From positions 41,590-105,589 of the forward strand of contig JAKAID010000001.1 of the NCBI GenBank assembly GCA_021814545.1: DNA of 64,000 nucleotides, read 5' to 3'. The position numbers were made by a program, and so were the translations under genes. The stretch comes from a bacterium (GTDB lineage Bacteria > Patescibacteriota > Minisyncoccia > UBA6257 > GWB1-50-10). The notes under the pieces are model-generated. The model was not told where the DNA came from and did no database searches. It saw nothing but the letters and a program-made list of their open reading frames with translations. Below are positions 29,492 to 39,316 of this stretch, piece after piece (within the stretch, counting starts at the first letter, position 1; each line of letters begins with the position of its first letter).

Positions 29492-29863
29492 ATGTATATC
29501 GATTTATTGAACAAAATAAAGAACGCGGAGGCTGCCGAAAAGTATTTCTTGAAGACGAAATACTCGAAGATGGACAATGCGGTCGTAGAGATACTTGCGC
29601 GCTACGGATTCGTGAAGAGCTTCGAAGTGAAGGGCAAGTCCTACAAGAAGGTCATCGAGCTTGAACTTGATATGAAACGTCCTATTCGTGGCGTGAAGTT
29701 CTTGAGCAAGCCCTCGCTTCGCAAGTACGCAGGCTATGAGGAGTTCAGGCGTGTAAAGAGCGGCCACGGACTTCTTGTGGTGACGACCTCAAAGGGCGTG
29801 ATGTCCGGCGATGAGGCGAAGAAAGAAAAGGTTGGGGGTCAACTCCTTTTCCAGGTCTGGTAA
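29492..29863 (+). CDS. rpsH: 30S ribosomal protein S8
   Basis: Start taken at the Met of MYIDLLNKIKNAE after the S14 stop (track ORF begins 29435 overlapping S14). Confidence 0.85.
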   Translation: MYIDLLNKIKNAEAAEKYFLKTKYSKMDNAVVEILARYGFVKSFEVKGKSYKKVIELELDMKRPIRGVKFLSKPSLRKYAGYEEFRRVKSGHGLLVVTTSKGVMSGDEAKKEKVGGQLLFQVW

Positions 29864-29879
29864 GCATTTATTCAACTAT

Positions 29880-30434
29880 ATGTCGAAAGTAGGAAAAAAA
29901 CCGATACTTATCCCGAGCGGCATCACCGTAGAGGTTGATACGCACAACGTGACGGTGAAGGACGCGAAGCGTCAGCTTGCGATACCGCGTTTGCGCGGCA
30001 TCGAAGTCGCGGTGAAGGGAAGCGAGGTGGTGCTTGAGGCGGAGGCGACCTCGAAGCAGGTCCGTAGCAATTGGGGCACGCTTCGTTCGCTCATCCAGAA
30101 CGCTATCGTCGGTCTTACCAAAGGCTACGAGAAAACGCTTTTGCTTGAGGGCGTCGGTTACAAAATCGCAAAGGAAGGGAACAATCTTTCCTTGAGCCTT
30201 GGTTTTTCTCATCCGGTGAAGTTTGCCGCGCCCGAGCACATCGTGTTCGAGGTAGAGAAGAACACTATTTTGAAAATTAAGGGATTCGACAAGGGACTCG
30301 TCGGGCAGGTAGCGGCCGAAATCCGCTCCCTCAAGAAGCCGGAGCCGTACAAGGGCAAGGGCTTCCGTTATTCCGATGAGGTCATCCAGCGCAAGGCCGG
30401 CAAGAAAGCAGCAACGGGCGCAGGAGCAGCATAA
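29880..30434 (+). CDS. rplF: 50S ribosomal protein L6
   Basis: [20 protein letters not shown]6 N-terminus (track ORF begins 29811). Confidence 0.9.
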   Translation: MSKVGKKPILIPSGITVEVDTHNVTVKDAKRQLAIPRLRGIEVAVKGSEVVLEAEATSKQVRSNWGTLRSLIQNAIVGLTKGYEKTLLLEGVGYKIAKEGNNLSLSLGFSHPVKFAAPEHIVFEVEKNTILKIKGFDKGLVGQVAAEIRSLKKPEPYKGKGFRYSDEVIQRKAGKKAATGAGAA

Positions 30435-30439
30435 ACGAC

Positions 30440-30802
30440 TTGGAACCTATGAACACGCGAAAGAAATTAATGCAGGTACGCGGAAGGAGGGCGGCGCGCG
30501 TGCGCGCAACGGTGCGCGGCACGGCGGCGAGGCCTCGGCTTTCGGTATTCCGCAGCAATCGTTTTATGCTTGCGCAGCTTATCGATGACGTGGCAGGAAA
30601 GACGCTCGCTTCAGCAAATTCGAAGCAATTGAAGAAGAAGGATACGAAGACCGCAGGTGCGGCGTATGTGGGAAAGACCATCGCGGAGCGCGCGAAAGCT
30701 GCAGGTGTTACTGTAGTGGTGTTTGACCGCGGTTCCTACCGTTACCACGGCCGCGTAAGGGCGCTTGTCGAGGCGGCGCGCGAGGCAGGATTGAAGATAT
30801 AG
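30440..30802 (+). CDS. rplR: 50S ribosomal protein L18
   Basis: [21 protein letters not shown]18 signature. Confidence 0.9.
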   Translation: MEPMNTRKKLMQVRGRRAARVRATVRGTAARPRLSVFRSNRFMLAQLIDDVAGKTLASANSKQLKKKDTKTAGAAYVGKTIAERAKAAGVTVVVFDRGSYRYHGRVRALVEAAREAGLKI

Positions 30803-30806
30803 ACCT

Positions 30807-31343
30807 ATGTTTAACCCAACTAACAAACCAGCAGGAGCACCGCATGCTCATGGAGCACATGGCGCGCCTCGCGGCCCGCGCAGGCCGTTCGTAAAGCGAG
30901 TAAGCGAGTTTAAGGAGCGTGTCATTGAAGTGCGTCGCGTGACGCGTGTCGTCGCGGGTGGTAAGCGTTTCAGCTTCCGTGCGACGGTCATTGTGGGCGA
31001 CATGAAGGGTCGCGTCGGCATCGGCGTGGCGAAAGGATTGGACTTTTCGGCAGCGGTGCAGAAGGCGCAGCGCCAGGCGGAGAGGAATGTTATCCGCGTC
31101 GAACTGAAAGACGGACGTACGGTGCCGTTCGAAGTTGAAGCGAAGTTCGATGCCGCGCGTGTGCGCATCAAGCCGGCGAAAAAGGGCCATGGTCTTATCG
31201 CAGGGGGTTCGCTCCGCACGGTGCTTGAACTTGTGGGTGTGAAAGATGTTTCCGCGAAGATACTTGGCCGCACGAAGAATAAGATCGCGAATGCGTGCGC
31301 GGGCATCGAAGCATTGAAGATGATCGGCGTAGCAAAGAAATAG
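30807..31343 (+). CDS. rpsE: 30S ribosomal protein S5
   Basis: VIEVRRVTRVVAGGKRFSFRATVIVGD S5 signature. Confidence 0.95.
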   Translation: MFNPTNKPAGAPHAHGAHGAPRGPRRPFVKRVSEFKERVIEVRRVTRVVAGGKRFSFRATVIVGDMKGRVGIGVAKGLDFSAAVQKAQRQAERNVIRVELKDGRTVPFEVEAKFDAARVRIKPAKKGHGLIAGGSLRTVLELVGVKDVSAKILGRTKNKIANACAGIEALKMIGVAKK

Positions 31344-31350
31344 AGAATAT

Positions 31351-31773
31351 ATGTTGCTCAACGAATTACAACCGAAGCATGCGATACGAAGGAAGCAGAA
31401 ACGCGTAGGCCGCGGAGGCAAGCGCGGAACGACTGCGGGACGCGGCCAGAAGGGTCAGCGTGCGCGTTCTGGTCACAGGATACGCCCGGCGGAGCGCGAT
31501 CTTTTGATTCGCATTCCGAAGCTGCGCGGTGTAAAGAACTTGCGCAAGAGCCCCGAGGCGGTGGTATTGAATGTCGGTGAGCTCTCGCGCGTTTTCCCTG
31601 CAGGCATTATTGATAAGAAGGTGCTCATGGAGCTCGGCATTATCCGTTCGGCAGCTGTGCGGGTGAAGATACTCGGTGCCGGCGAGACGAAGAAGGCATT
31701 CACTGTATCGGGTGTTGAACTTTCTGCCGAGGCGCGCAAGAAGATAGAGGCCGCCGGCGGTTCGATCAAATAA
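31351..31773 (+). CDS. rplO: 50S ribosomal protein L15 (directly follows S5; no L30 gene)
   Basis: MLLNELQPKHAIRRKQKRVGRGGKRGTTAGRGQKGQ. Confidence 0.9.
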   Translation: MLLNELQPKHAIRRKQKRVGRGGKRGTTAGRGQKGQRARSGHRIRPAERDLLIRIPKLRGVKNLRKSPEAVVLNVGELSRVFPAGIIDKKVLMELGIIRSAAVRVKILGAGETKKAFTVSGVELSAEARKKIEAAGGSIK

Positions 31774-31775
31774 CC

Positions 31776-33047
31776 ATGAACAAACTGCTCCTTATTTTTA
31801 AATCACCGGACCTTCGCAAAAAGGTTCTTATGGTGCTGGTTTGGCTTTTCGTGTTCCGTTTGTTCGCCGCCATCCCCATTCCCGGAATCGATGCATCGAA
31901 GCTTCAGCAGTTCCTGCAGTCGAACCAGCTGTTCGGCTTTTTGAACATTTTTTCGGGAGGCGGTCTTTCGCGCCTTTCCATTATGATGCTTGGCGTCGGT
32001 CCTTACATTACCGCCACTATCATCATGCAGCTCCTTACCATCATCTTTCCGAGCCTTAAGAAGGCATACTATGAAGAGGGTGCGGCGGGGCGCGCGAAGT
32101 TCAATCGTATTTCCCGTCTTATCGCGGTGCCGCTCGCCGCGCTTCAGGGCTATGGTTTTTTGAACCTCCTTGCGTCGCAGAACGTTATCGCGCATCTGCC
32201 GTTCTTCAGCCTCATTACGAATGTATTCATTATTACGGCGGGCGCCTTGTTCCTTATGTGGATAGGCGAAATCATTTCAGAGTATAAGATAGGCAACGGC
32301 GTATCGCTCATCATCTTTGCGGGTATCGTGAGTGCATTGCCGCAATCCATTGTGAGCGCGTTCGTTAACTACACGCCCGCCGTGCTTCCCACCTACATCG
32401 TGTTCACACTGCTCAGTATTCTCGTTATCGCGGCAGTCGTGTACGTGAACGAGGGTGAGCGGAAAATTCCCATTTCGTACGCGAAACAGGTGCGCGGCAC
32501 GAAGATGTACGGCGGCGCTTCGACCTATCTGCCGCTTAAGGTGAACCAGGCGGGTGTTATCCCCATCATTTTCGCCATTTCTATCTTGCTTTTCCCGCAG
32601 TTCATTGCGCAGGCTATTTCGGTCGTTTCACCGAGCGTTTCGCTCGCCATGAACGATTGGGTGACGAAGGTGTTCAACAATCAGCTTATCTACAGTATCA
32701 TTTATTTCTTCCTCGTTGTGGTCTTTACGTACTTCTACACTGCGGTGACCTTTGATCCGAAGGAAATCTCGAAGAATCTCCAGCAGAGCGGCGGCTTTAT
32801 TCCGGGCATTCGTCCTGGTCAGGCGACCGCGGATGTTATCGCAAAGACAGTGAACCGCACGACGCTTTTGGGCGCCATCTTCCTTGGATTCATCGCTATC
32901 CTGCCGAACATTACCCAGTATGTTACCGGTGTACAGGCGCTTCGCGTGGGTGGCACGGCGCTGCTCATCGTAGTCGCGGTAGCGCTTGAATCGATGAAGC
33001 AGATAGAATCGCAGCTCACGGTGCGCGAATACGAGAGCGCATACTAA
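31776..33047 (+). CDS. secY: preprotein translocase subunit SecY
   Basis: 423 aa; 10 TM helices; operon position. Confidence 0.95.
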   Translation: MNKLLLIFKSPDLRKKVLMVLVWLFVFRLFAAIPIPGIDASKLQQFLQSNQLFGFLNIFSGGGLSRLSIMMLGVGPYITATIIMQLLTIIFPSLKKAYYEEGAAGRAKFNRISRLIAVPLAALQGYGFLNLLASQNVIAHLPFFSLITNVFIITAGALFLMWIGEIISEYKIGNGVSLIIFAGIVSALPQSIVSAFVNYTPAVLPTYIVFTLLSILVIAAVVYVNEGERKIPISYAKQVRGTKMYGGASTYLPLKVNQAGVIPIIFAISILLFPQFIAQAISVVSPSVSLAMNDWVTKVFNNQLIYSIIYFFLVVVFTYFYTAVTFDPKEISKNLQQSGGFIPGIRPGQATADVIAKTVNRTTLLGAIFLGFIAILPNITQYVTGVQALRVGGTALLIVVAVALESMKQIESQLTVREYESAY

Positions 33048-33062
33048 GATTACGTATATCGT

Positions 33063-33092
33063 GCAAAATCCCGCCTTGGTGGCGGGATTTTT
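33063..33092 (+). terminator. rho-independent terminator after secY
   Basis: aaaatcccgccttggtggcgggatttttgc. Confidence 0.75.
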
Positions 33093-33114
33093 GCTATTGG
33101 CGTACAATTAGTGT

Positions 33115-33798
33115 ATGGCTAACGCGGTCATAATCTATGGGCCTCCAGGCTCAGGAAAGGGCACACAGGCCGAGCTTCTGGAGAGAAAATATGGCTACAT
33201 TCACTTCGATACCGGGCGTTTTATCGAAGGTCTTTTGAGGTCTCCGCAGGCGGAAACAGACCCCGTGCTCATGCGCGAGAAAAAGCTTTTCGATTCGGGT
33301 ATTCTCTGCACACCGTCATGGGTACTCTCGATAACGAAAGATGAAGCGACGCGTATTGCACGCTCAGGTTTCAGCATCGTATTCAGCGGTTCGCCGCGCA
33401 CGATGTACGAAGCGTTCGGCGATGAAAAGACCGGCGGCCTTCTTGCAACGCTCGTTGATATGTATAGGAAGGAGAATGTTTCCGTGGTGCAACTTGAGGT
33501 GCGCGACGAAACATCCATGAAGCGCAACAGCGGCAGGCTTGTGTGTTCGGTCTGCGGGCTGCCGAAGCTTGAGAGTGTGGCGCTGCCACATTGCCCTTTG
33601 TGTGCGGCTCCTATGCGCACGCGTTCGCTCGACAACCCCGAGGTCATCAAGGTTCGCCTGAAGGAGTATCGCGAACGAACCTATCCTATCGTAGAGGGGA
33701 TGAGAAAGGAGAATTTCAATATTATCACCGTTGATGGCGAGCCCCTGCCGTACAAAGTTTTTGAGAGTGTCACTAAAGGACTCAAGCTTACCAAATAA
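33115..33798 (+). CDS. adk: adenylate kinase (zinc lid type)
   Basis: IIYGPPGSGKGTQAE; lid CSVCG...CPLCAAP. Confidence 0.85.
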   Translation: MANAVIIYGPPGSGKGTQAELLERKYGYIHFDTGRFIEGLLRSPQAETDPVLMREKKLFDSGILCTPSWVLSITKDEATRIARSGFSIVFSGSPRTMYEAFGDEKTGGLLATLVDMYRKENVSVVQLEVRDETSMKRNSGRLVCSVCGLPKLESVALPHCPLCAAPMRTRSLDNPEVIKVRLKEYRERTYPIVEGMRKENFNIITVDGEPLPYKVFESVTKGLKLTK

Positions 33799-33800
33799 TT

Positions 33801-34562
33801 ATGGTGCGTTTAAAGGATACCAATGACATAAAACTCATGCGTGTTTCGGGCACTATTCTTGCTCGGACGCTCCGCGCGCTTGCCGCAATGGCGCAGGAGG
33901 GCGTAACGCTTTCTGCGCTCGATGCGCGCGCAAAGAAAATGATACGGGAGGCGGGGGCCGAGCCGACATTCTTGGGCTACACGCCCGAGGGCGCAGGAAA
34001 GGCATATCCTGCCGCTATTTGTGCTTCGGTTAACGAAACCATCGTGCATGGCATTCCAGGCAAGTACGCGCTGAAGGACGGCGATATTCTTTCAATAGAC
34101 CTCGGGGTGACCTATGAGGGGCGCATTACGGATGCGGCAGTCACAGTCGGCATCGGAAAGATTTCGGAGGAAGCCAAGGTGCTTATCTCCGTAACGAGGC
34201 GTGCGCTCGATGCGGCCATCAAGGAGTGCGTCTCCGGGAAGCACCTGGGCGACATCGGCTTTGCCGTCGAATCAGTCGCAAAAAAGGCGAAGCTCCATGT
34301 CATTCACGGCCTTACGGGTCACGGAGTCGGTTTCGAGCTTCATGAGGACCCGAGCGTGTATAATTATGGCACGCGTGGGGAGGGGATGAAGCTTGTGCCG
34401 GGATTGGTGCTCGCAATCGAGCCAATGTTCTCGACGGGGTCCGCATACGCTACCGTGAAGCGTGATGATAGTTTTGTGACCAAGGACGGGAGCTTGAGCG
34501 CGCATTTCGAGCACTCCGTGCTCATCACAGAATCGGGGCCCGAGGTTCTCACGAAAGAATAG
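33801..34562 (+). CDS. map: methionine aminopeptidase type I
   Basis: 253 aa; pita-bread fold residues HGIPG and D/H/E metal ligands. Confidence 0.85.
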   Translation: MVRLKDTNDIKLMRVSGTILARTLRALAAMAQEGVTLSALDARAKKMIREAGAEPTFLGYTPEGAGKAYPAAICASVNETIVHGIPGKYALKDGDILSIDLGVTYEGRITDAAVTVGIGKISEEAKVLISVTRRALDAAIKECVSGKHLGDIGFAVESVAKKAKLHVIHGLTGHGVGFELHEDPSVYNYGTRGEGMKLVPGLVLAIEPMFSTGSAYATVKRDDSFVTKDGSLSAHFEHSVLITESGPEVLTKE

Positions 34563-34566
34563 TCAT

Positions 34567-37065
34567 ATGGCATCATTTTTTGCGAAATTATTTCCGAATA
34601 AAACATTGAGGCGTCTTGAGGGCGCAGTAGCACAGGTGAGCGCGCTTGAAGACGAGGCGAAGGGGCTTACTGATACCGAATTGCGCGAGCATTCCAACGA
34701 ACTGAAGGCTGCGGTGAGGGGTGCCGAGAACCCTGAGGCGGCGCTTGATAGTTCGCTCGCCCGCGCCTTTTCTTACGTGCGTGAGGCAAGCCGCAGGAAG
34801 CTCGGCCAGCGCCATTACGATGTGCAGCTCATCGGCGGCATGGTGCTCCATGAAGGCAAGATCGCGGAGATGTTAACGGGTGAGGGGAAGACGCTCACCG
34901 CGACTTCAGCCGTGTATTTGAACGCGCTCCTCGGAAAGGGAGTGCATGTGGTTACCGTGAACGACTATCTCGCGCGCCGCGATGCGGTGTGGATGGGCCA
35001 GGTGTATAACGCGCTTGGACTTTCCGTTTCCTGTATCATTCACGATGCCGCGTATGAGTATGATCCCTCCTACGAATCAACCGAGCTCGACAGAGAGCGT
35101 GATGCGGTAGGGAGCTTCCACGTAGTGGAAAAATTCCTCCGCCCCATCACGCGCACACAGGCGTATGCGTGCGATATTACCTATGGCACGAACCATGAGT
35201 TCGGATTTGATTTTCTTCGCGACAATCTTGCGTTGCGGCTTTCGGAGTGCGTGCAACGAGGCCATTACTTTGCCATTATTGACGAGGTGGACAGTATTCT
35301 TATCGACGAGGCGCGCACGCCGCTCATTATCGCGGCGCCCGATACCGAGTCGAGCGAGTACTATAAGACGTTCGCGCACATCGCCGAGCGGCTTCAGCCC
35401 GAAGAGGACTATACCGTGGATGAAAAGTTACGGGTGGTTTCTGTTACTGATGCCGGCATTGAGAAGGTGGAGAAGGCGCTCAATATCGCGAATCTTTTCG
35501 CGCCCGAAAATGCGCGCCTTGTGCACTTCCTCCACGAGAGCGTGAAGGCGAAGGCGCTGTTCCATAAGGACAAGGAATATCTCGTGAAGAATGGAGAAAT
35601 TTATATCGTTGATGAATTCACTGGCCGCGTGCTTATGGGCCGCCGCTATTCGGGCGGACTCCACCAGGCCATCGAGGCGAAGGAGCACGTGCACGTGCAG
35701 CAGGAGAACCGCACCTACGCGCAGGTGACTATTCAGAATTATTTCAGGCTGTATAAGAAAATCGCAGGCATGACCGGCACCGCACAGACGTCCGCGGAAG
35801 AATTCCATAAGGTGTATAACCTTGATGTGGTGAGCATTCCGCCGAATAGACCCATGGTGAGGAGGGACATGCCCGACTTCATCTACAAAACGAAGGAAGC
35901 GAAATACCGTGCCATTGCGGAGGATGTGAAGGAGCGTCACGCGAAGGGGCAGCCGGTACTCATCGGCACCACATCCATCGCGAATAACGAAATCGTGTCG
36001 CAATACTTATCGAACGCACACATTCCGCACGAGGTATTGAACGCAAAGAACAATGACCGCGAGGGCGCCATTATCGCGCAGGCGGGAAGGTCTGGTGCGG
36101 TCACCGTTGCGACGAACATGGCGGGTAGGGGTGTCGATATCATTTTAGGCGGCAATCCAAAGAACGAGGAAGACGCGGCGAAGGTGCTCGCTGCAGGGGG
36201 CCTCCATGTCGTGGGGAGCGAGCGGCACGAGGCGCGCCGCATCGATAATCAGCTTCGCGGCAGGGCGGGCAGGCAGGGCGACATCGGCTCCTCGCGTTTC
36301 TTCCTTTCGCTCGAAGATGACCTCATGCGTATCTTCGGCGGCGATAAGATAAAAAGCCTCATGCAGGCGATGAAGTTCCCCGAGGACATCCCAATAGAAT
36401 CCGCGATGGTTTCACGTTCCGTGAATCAGGCGCAGCAAAAAGTGGAGGGTAACAACTTTGATATCAGAAAGCACTTGCTCGAGTATGATGACGTGCTCAA
36501 TAAGCAGCGTACTGCGCTCTACACAAAGCGCACTGGATATTTGAAGGCGGGCGAGCAGGGTGAGATACTCCCGCGCGTGCGCGAGGTTCTTACGCATTTC
36601 GTAGAACTTATGGAACGCGAAGCGGAGGCTCAGGAATACTCCGAAGAACGCGCGAAGATGACAAGGGAAGCGCGCGAGAAACTTGCGGTGATACCGGCGG
36701 AAGTCGATGCGGCGCATTCGGTCATTTTGGCACAGCACGTGGTGCGCATCTTGGATACACTTTGGGTGGACCACCTCGAATATCTTGATTCCCTTCGCGA
36801 GTCGGTGAATATCCGCGCGTATGGGCAGCATGACCCGCTCGTTGAATACCGCAGGGAAGCGCATGCGCTTTTCCAGCGCTTGCTTGTGAACTTCGAGCAG
36901 TACGTCTTCAATTCGATATTTCCTATGTTTGAGCTCGATGTTTCAAAGCTCGCGCCCCAGGCGCCCAAGTCCGCGACGAAGCCCGCGAATATCCCCAAGC
37001 TTGGCCGCAACGACCCCTGCTATTGCGGCAGCGGGAAGAAGTATAAGAACTGCCACGGGAAATAA
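34567..37065 (+). CDS. secA: preprotein translocase ATPase SecA (with C-terminal zinc-binding CYCGSGKKYKNCHGK)
   Basis: 832 aa; DEAD-like motifs; C-terminal Zn finger. Confidence 0.95.
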   Translation: MASFFAKLFPNKTLRRLEGAVAQVSALEDEAKGLTDTELREHSNELKAAVRGAENPEAALDSSLARAFSYVREASRRKLGQRHYDVQLIGGMVLHEGKIAEMLTGEGKTLTATSAVYLNALLGKGVHVVTVNDYLARRDAVWMGQVYNALGLSVSCIIHDAAYEYDPSYESTELDRERDAVGSFHVVEKFLRPITRTQAYACDITYGTNHEFGFDFLRDNLALRLSECVQRGHYFAIIDEVDSILIDEARTPLIIAAPDTESSEYYKTFAHIAERLQPEEDYTVDEKLRVVSVTDAGIEKVEKALNIANLFAPENARLVHFLHESVKAKALFHKDKEYLVKNGEIYIVDEFTGRVLMGRRYSGGLHQAIEAKEHVHVQQENRTYAQVTIQNYFRLYKKIAGMTGTAQTSAEEFHKVYNLDVVSIPPNRPMVRRDMPDFIYKTKEAKYRAIAEDVKERHAKGQPVLIGTTSIANNEIVSQYLSNAHIPHEVLNAKNNDREGAIIAQAGRSGAVTVATNMAGRGVDIILGGNPKNEEDAAKVLAAGGLHVVGSERHEARRIDNQLRGRAGRQGDIGSSRFFLSLEDDLMRIFGGDKIKSLMQAMKFPEDIPIESAMVSRSVNQAQQKVEGNNFDIRKHLLEYDDVLNKQRTALYTKRTGYLKAGEQGEILPRVREVLTHFVELMEREAEAQEYSEERAKMTREAREKLAVIPAEVDAAHSVILAQHVVRILDTLWVDHLEYLDSLRESVNIRAYGQHDPLVEYRREAHALFQRLLVNFEQYVFNSIFPMFELDVSKLAPQAPKSATKPANIPKLGRNDPCYCGSGKKYKNCHGK

Positions 37066-37086
37066 ACGCACGTAAAGAAAAACCCC

Positions 37087-37112
37087 GCATTGCGCGGGGC
37101 TGTTCGTACGAT
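37087..37112. terminator. bidirectional terminator hairpin
   Basis: aaaaaccccgcattgcgcggggctgtt; stronger T-run on the minus strand (for the gene at 37121-37459). Confidence 0.6.
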
Positions 37113-37120
37113 GTGTTGCA

Positions 37121-37459
37121 TCAGTGTCCGGCTGTTCCCGGACAGGTGACTATGTGTCCTTCGGAGCGGCCGTGAGCACAGGAGAGGTCGCCGGGGCAGT
37201 AGACCTGATGGGCGGAACTGTTGCCGTGAGAGCACAACACGCCCGGCAGCGAAGCCTCTCTCTCCTTGCTGCGGATCTGCCACACGGTGCCGCCGCCCTT
37301 GCCGCCGATGCAGGCGACTTGGCCGTAGAGCGCGGAGAGGCTCTGTGAAACGCCGCTTGTATCGAAGCGAATGCGTCTCGCAATCTCGGTTGTAGTCGCT
37401 CTTCCACCGAGGTCCTCGAGTGCCTTCAGTATGATGCGCTGTCGTCTCTTGATTCCCAT
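37121..37459 (-). CDS. small winged-helix/HTH domain protein with Cys/His-rich C-terminal tail
   Basis: N-terminal RQRIILKALEDLGGRATTTEIARRI HTH-like; C-terminal CSHGNSSAHQVYCPGDLSCAHGRSEGHIVTCPG; AAAGGAAC RBS. Confidence 0.5.
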   Translation of the reverse strand: MGIKRRQRIILKALEDLGGRATTTEIARRIRFDTSGVSQSLSALYGQVACIGGKGGGTVWQIRSKEREASLPGVLCSHGNSSAHQVYCPGDLSCAHGRSEGHIVTCPGTAGH

Positions 37460-37564
37460 GTCCGTTCCTTTCGGTTTCGGGGTATACAGAGGGGCTAAGT
37501 TGCTTGATTCAGCCTATAATAAACGGATTAGTTTTGTCTATCGGAGAGGTGGTATACTTATCGA

Positions 37565-37909
37565 ATGACAGGAAAATTTGAAATATATGCTACGACGCCC
37601 GACAAGGCGAAAAAGCTCGCGGAAGAATTGAAGAATCGGGGTGTTGAGAATGTCGAGGTAAAGAGCGAGCTTGAGGCATGGGCAAAGGAGCAGGAGCATA
37701 AGGTAGAGGAGGGCGGAGGAACGCCGGAGCTTCGCATCGCGTTCGAAATTGACCGCGCAAGATTGTATGCGGCGGCCGATCGTTATGATGAGGCGCTTGA
37801 AACGCTCGAGTGGGCGCGCTACGCCGCCCTACAGGAGGGGAGGCTCGAGCTTGCGGCGATGGTAGACGAGGAAATCAATTCGATAATCGGGCTCACGCCC
37901 ACTGAGTAA
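37565..37909 (+). CDS. hypothetical protein (114 aa)
   Basis: 6-nt gap to the downstream deaminase gene; probable operon. Confidence 0.45.
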   Translation: MTGKFEIYATTPDKAKKLAEELKNRGVENVEVKSELEAWAKEQEHKVEEGGGTPELRIAFEIDRARLYAAADRYDEALETLEWARYAALQEGRLELAAMVDEEINSIIGLTPTE

Positions 37910-37915
37910 TTTTTC

Positions 37916-38407
37916 GTGAAGCAGCTTCAGGGGCGGGAAGAAAAAGAGGCGGTACGATGGATGAATGAGGCCGCACGCATTGCGCGCAGCGCGCTTTGTC
38001 TTCGCTCAAAATGCGGCACGGTTATCGTAAACGGTGGGGAGGTAATAGGGGTCGGGTACAACGCTCCGCCGCTTGATGACCTTGCTCACCGGAGCTGCCT
38101 TGAGGAACCGGTTTTTGCGCGCAAACAAAAATATGACAGGACGTGCTGCATGCACGCTGAGTGGCGCGCTATTACCGACGCGCTGAAACGGAGCGGCGCA
38201 AAAATTGCCGGCGCAAAATTATATTTCATCCGTATTAATGACGAAGGGAATATACAGCGATCGGGGGAGCCGTATTGCACGGTATGCAGCAGGCTCGCAC
38301 TCGATGCAGGCATCGGACACTTCTTGCTCTGGCACGAAGACGGCATTGCCGAATACGAGACGGGCGAATATCACGCGCTCTCGCGCACGCATTTAAACGA
38401 GACTTAG
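37916..38407 (+). CDS. cytidine/deoxycytidylate deaminase family protein (dCMP deaminase/ComEB-like)
   Basis: Zinc-binding motifs CMHAEWRAI (HAE) and PYCTVCSRL (PCxxC). Confidence 0.65.
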   Translation: MKQLQGREEKEAVRWMNEAARIARSALCLRSKCGTVIVNGGEVIGVGYNAPPLDDLAHRSCLEEPVFARKQKYDRTCCMHAEWRAITDALKRSGAKIAGAKLYFIRINDEGNIQRSGEPYCTVCSRLALDAGIGHFLLWHEDGIAEYETGEYHALSRTHLNET

Positions 38408-39207
38408 GCGTGCGCTTTAAGATAGCCGACTTTCGTGAGCCAGTCGGCATTTTCCCACTCCCAGAGTTTTTTAGCCCCAAGGAATGCCTCGAAATCGTGT
38501 TCCCAATGAGGGAATTCTTTGAGTTCTACATGGCCCTGCATTGCGCTCCAGTCATGTTGGCATGAGCGCTGGGCGGGATTGCCCCAGTCCGTTTTTATCT
38601 GGCGTTTGCCGCCCTTGCTGCGCAGGCGCGCGCCGCAGTAGAGGCAGGATTGGTTTTGGTCGATGCGGAGTATCCAACGCGTTTCAAGTCCCTTCATCTC
38701 ATCTTTCATCGCGGCGAGGTAGGCAGCGGTCTGAAGGTTATAGTCGCGGTAGATTGATTGGGAGGTTTTGATGTCCAGGATGCCGAGCTTGCCGCCAATC
38801 ATTGCGATCGCATCGAGCGTGCCTGCGTAACGGTGCTCATGGTTCGCGAGGCGGCGCTCTACGAACTCCGGGTCAACGTGAATTTTATTTTGTTTGATGA
38901 AGTCTTTGAACGCCCACACTGATGCCTCTATCTGCGGTGGAACGGGAGCGGCACGATTTAAAAAAATATTTTCAACCGCCTCATGCACCATCGTGCCCTC
39001 GGTCGCGGATTGTTGTTTCATGCGTTCGCCCTCGGCGAAGCTCGACATCTTGCCGTAGAACCGATAAAGGGCCGGCTTTGCCTTTATTTCCAAAATACGC
39101 GTGACGCGCGGATACCAGGCGCCGTCCACCTCGTAGCCGCAGCTCTCCATAAAATCTTCTTTTGTTTTAAATTCGTCCATATAAAAGGAGTTAGGTGCGT
39201 TTATCAT
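38404..39207 (-). CDS. PD-(D/E)xK nuclease superfamily protein, RecB/Cas4-like, with four Cys
   Basis: GTLDAIAM...ILDIKTS (D...D-x-K) and QTAAYLAAM (QxxxY) motifs; Cys at the N-terminus (ESCGY) plus CLYC...RSC at the C-terminus. Confidence 0.55.
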   Translation of the reverse strand: MINAPNSFYMDEFKTKEDFMESCGYEVDGAWYPRVTRILEIKAKPALYRFYGKMSSFAEGERMKQQSATEGTMVHEAVENIFLNRAAPVPPQIEASVWAFKDFIKQNKIHVDPEFVERRLANHEHRYAGTLDAIAMIGGKLGILDIKTSQSIYRDYNLQTAAYLAAMKDEMKGLETRWILRIDQNQSCLYCGARLRSKGGKRQIKTDWGNPAQRSCQHDWSAMQGHVELKEFPHWEHDFEAFLGAKKLWEWENADWLTKVGYLKAHA

Positions 39208-39316
39208 ACCAGGGAGCGAGCCCAGACGGCAGATTGACCAAAGTTAGGGGGAGTGGTCAAAAACGATGCCGCGCGGGGCATATGCAGTGCAGGCAAAGCA
39301 AAAATAATTTTGTTCA

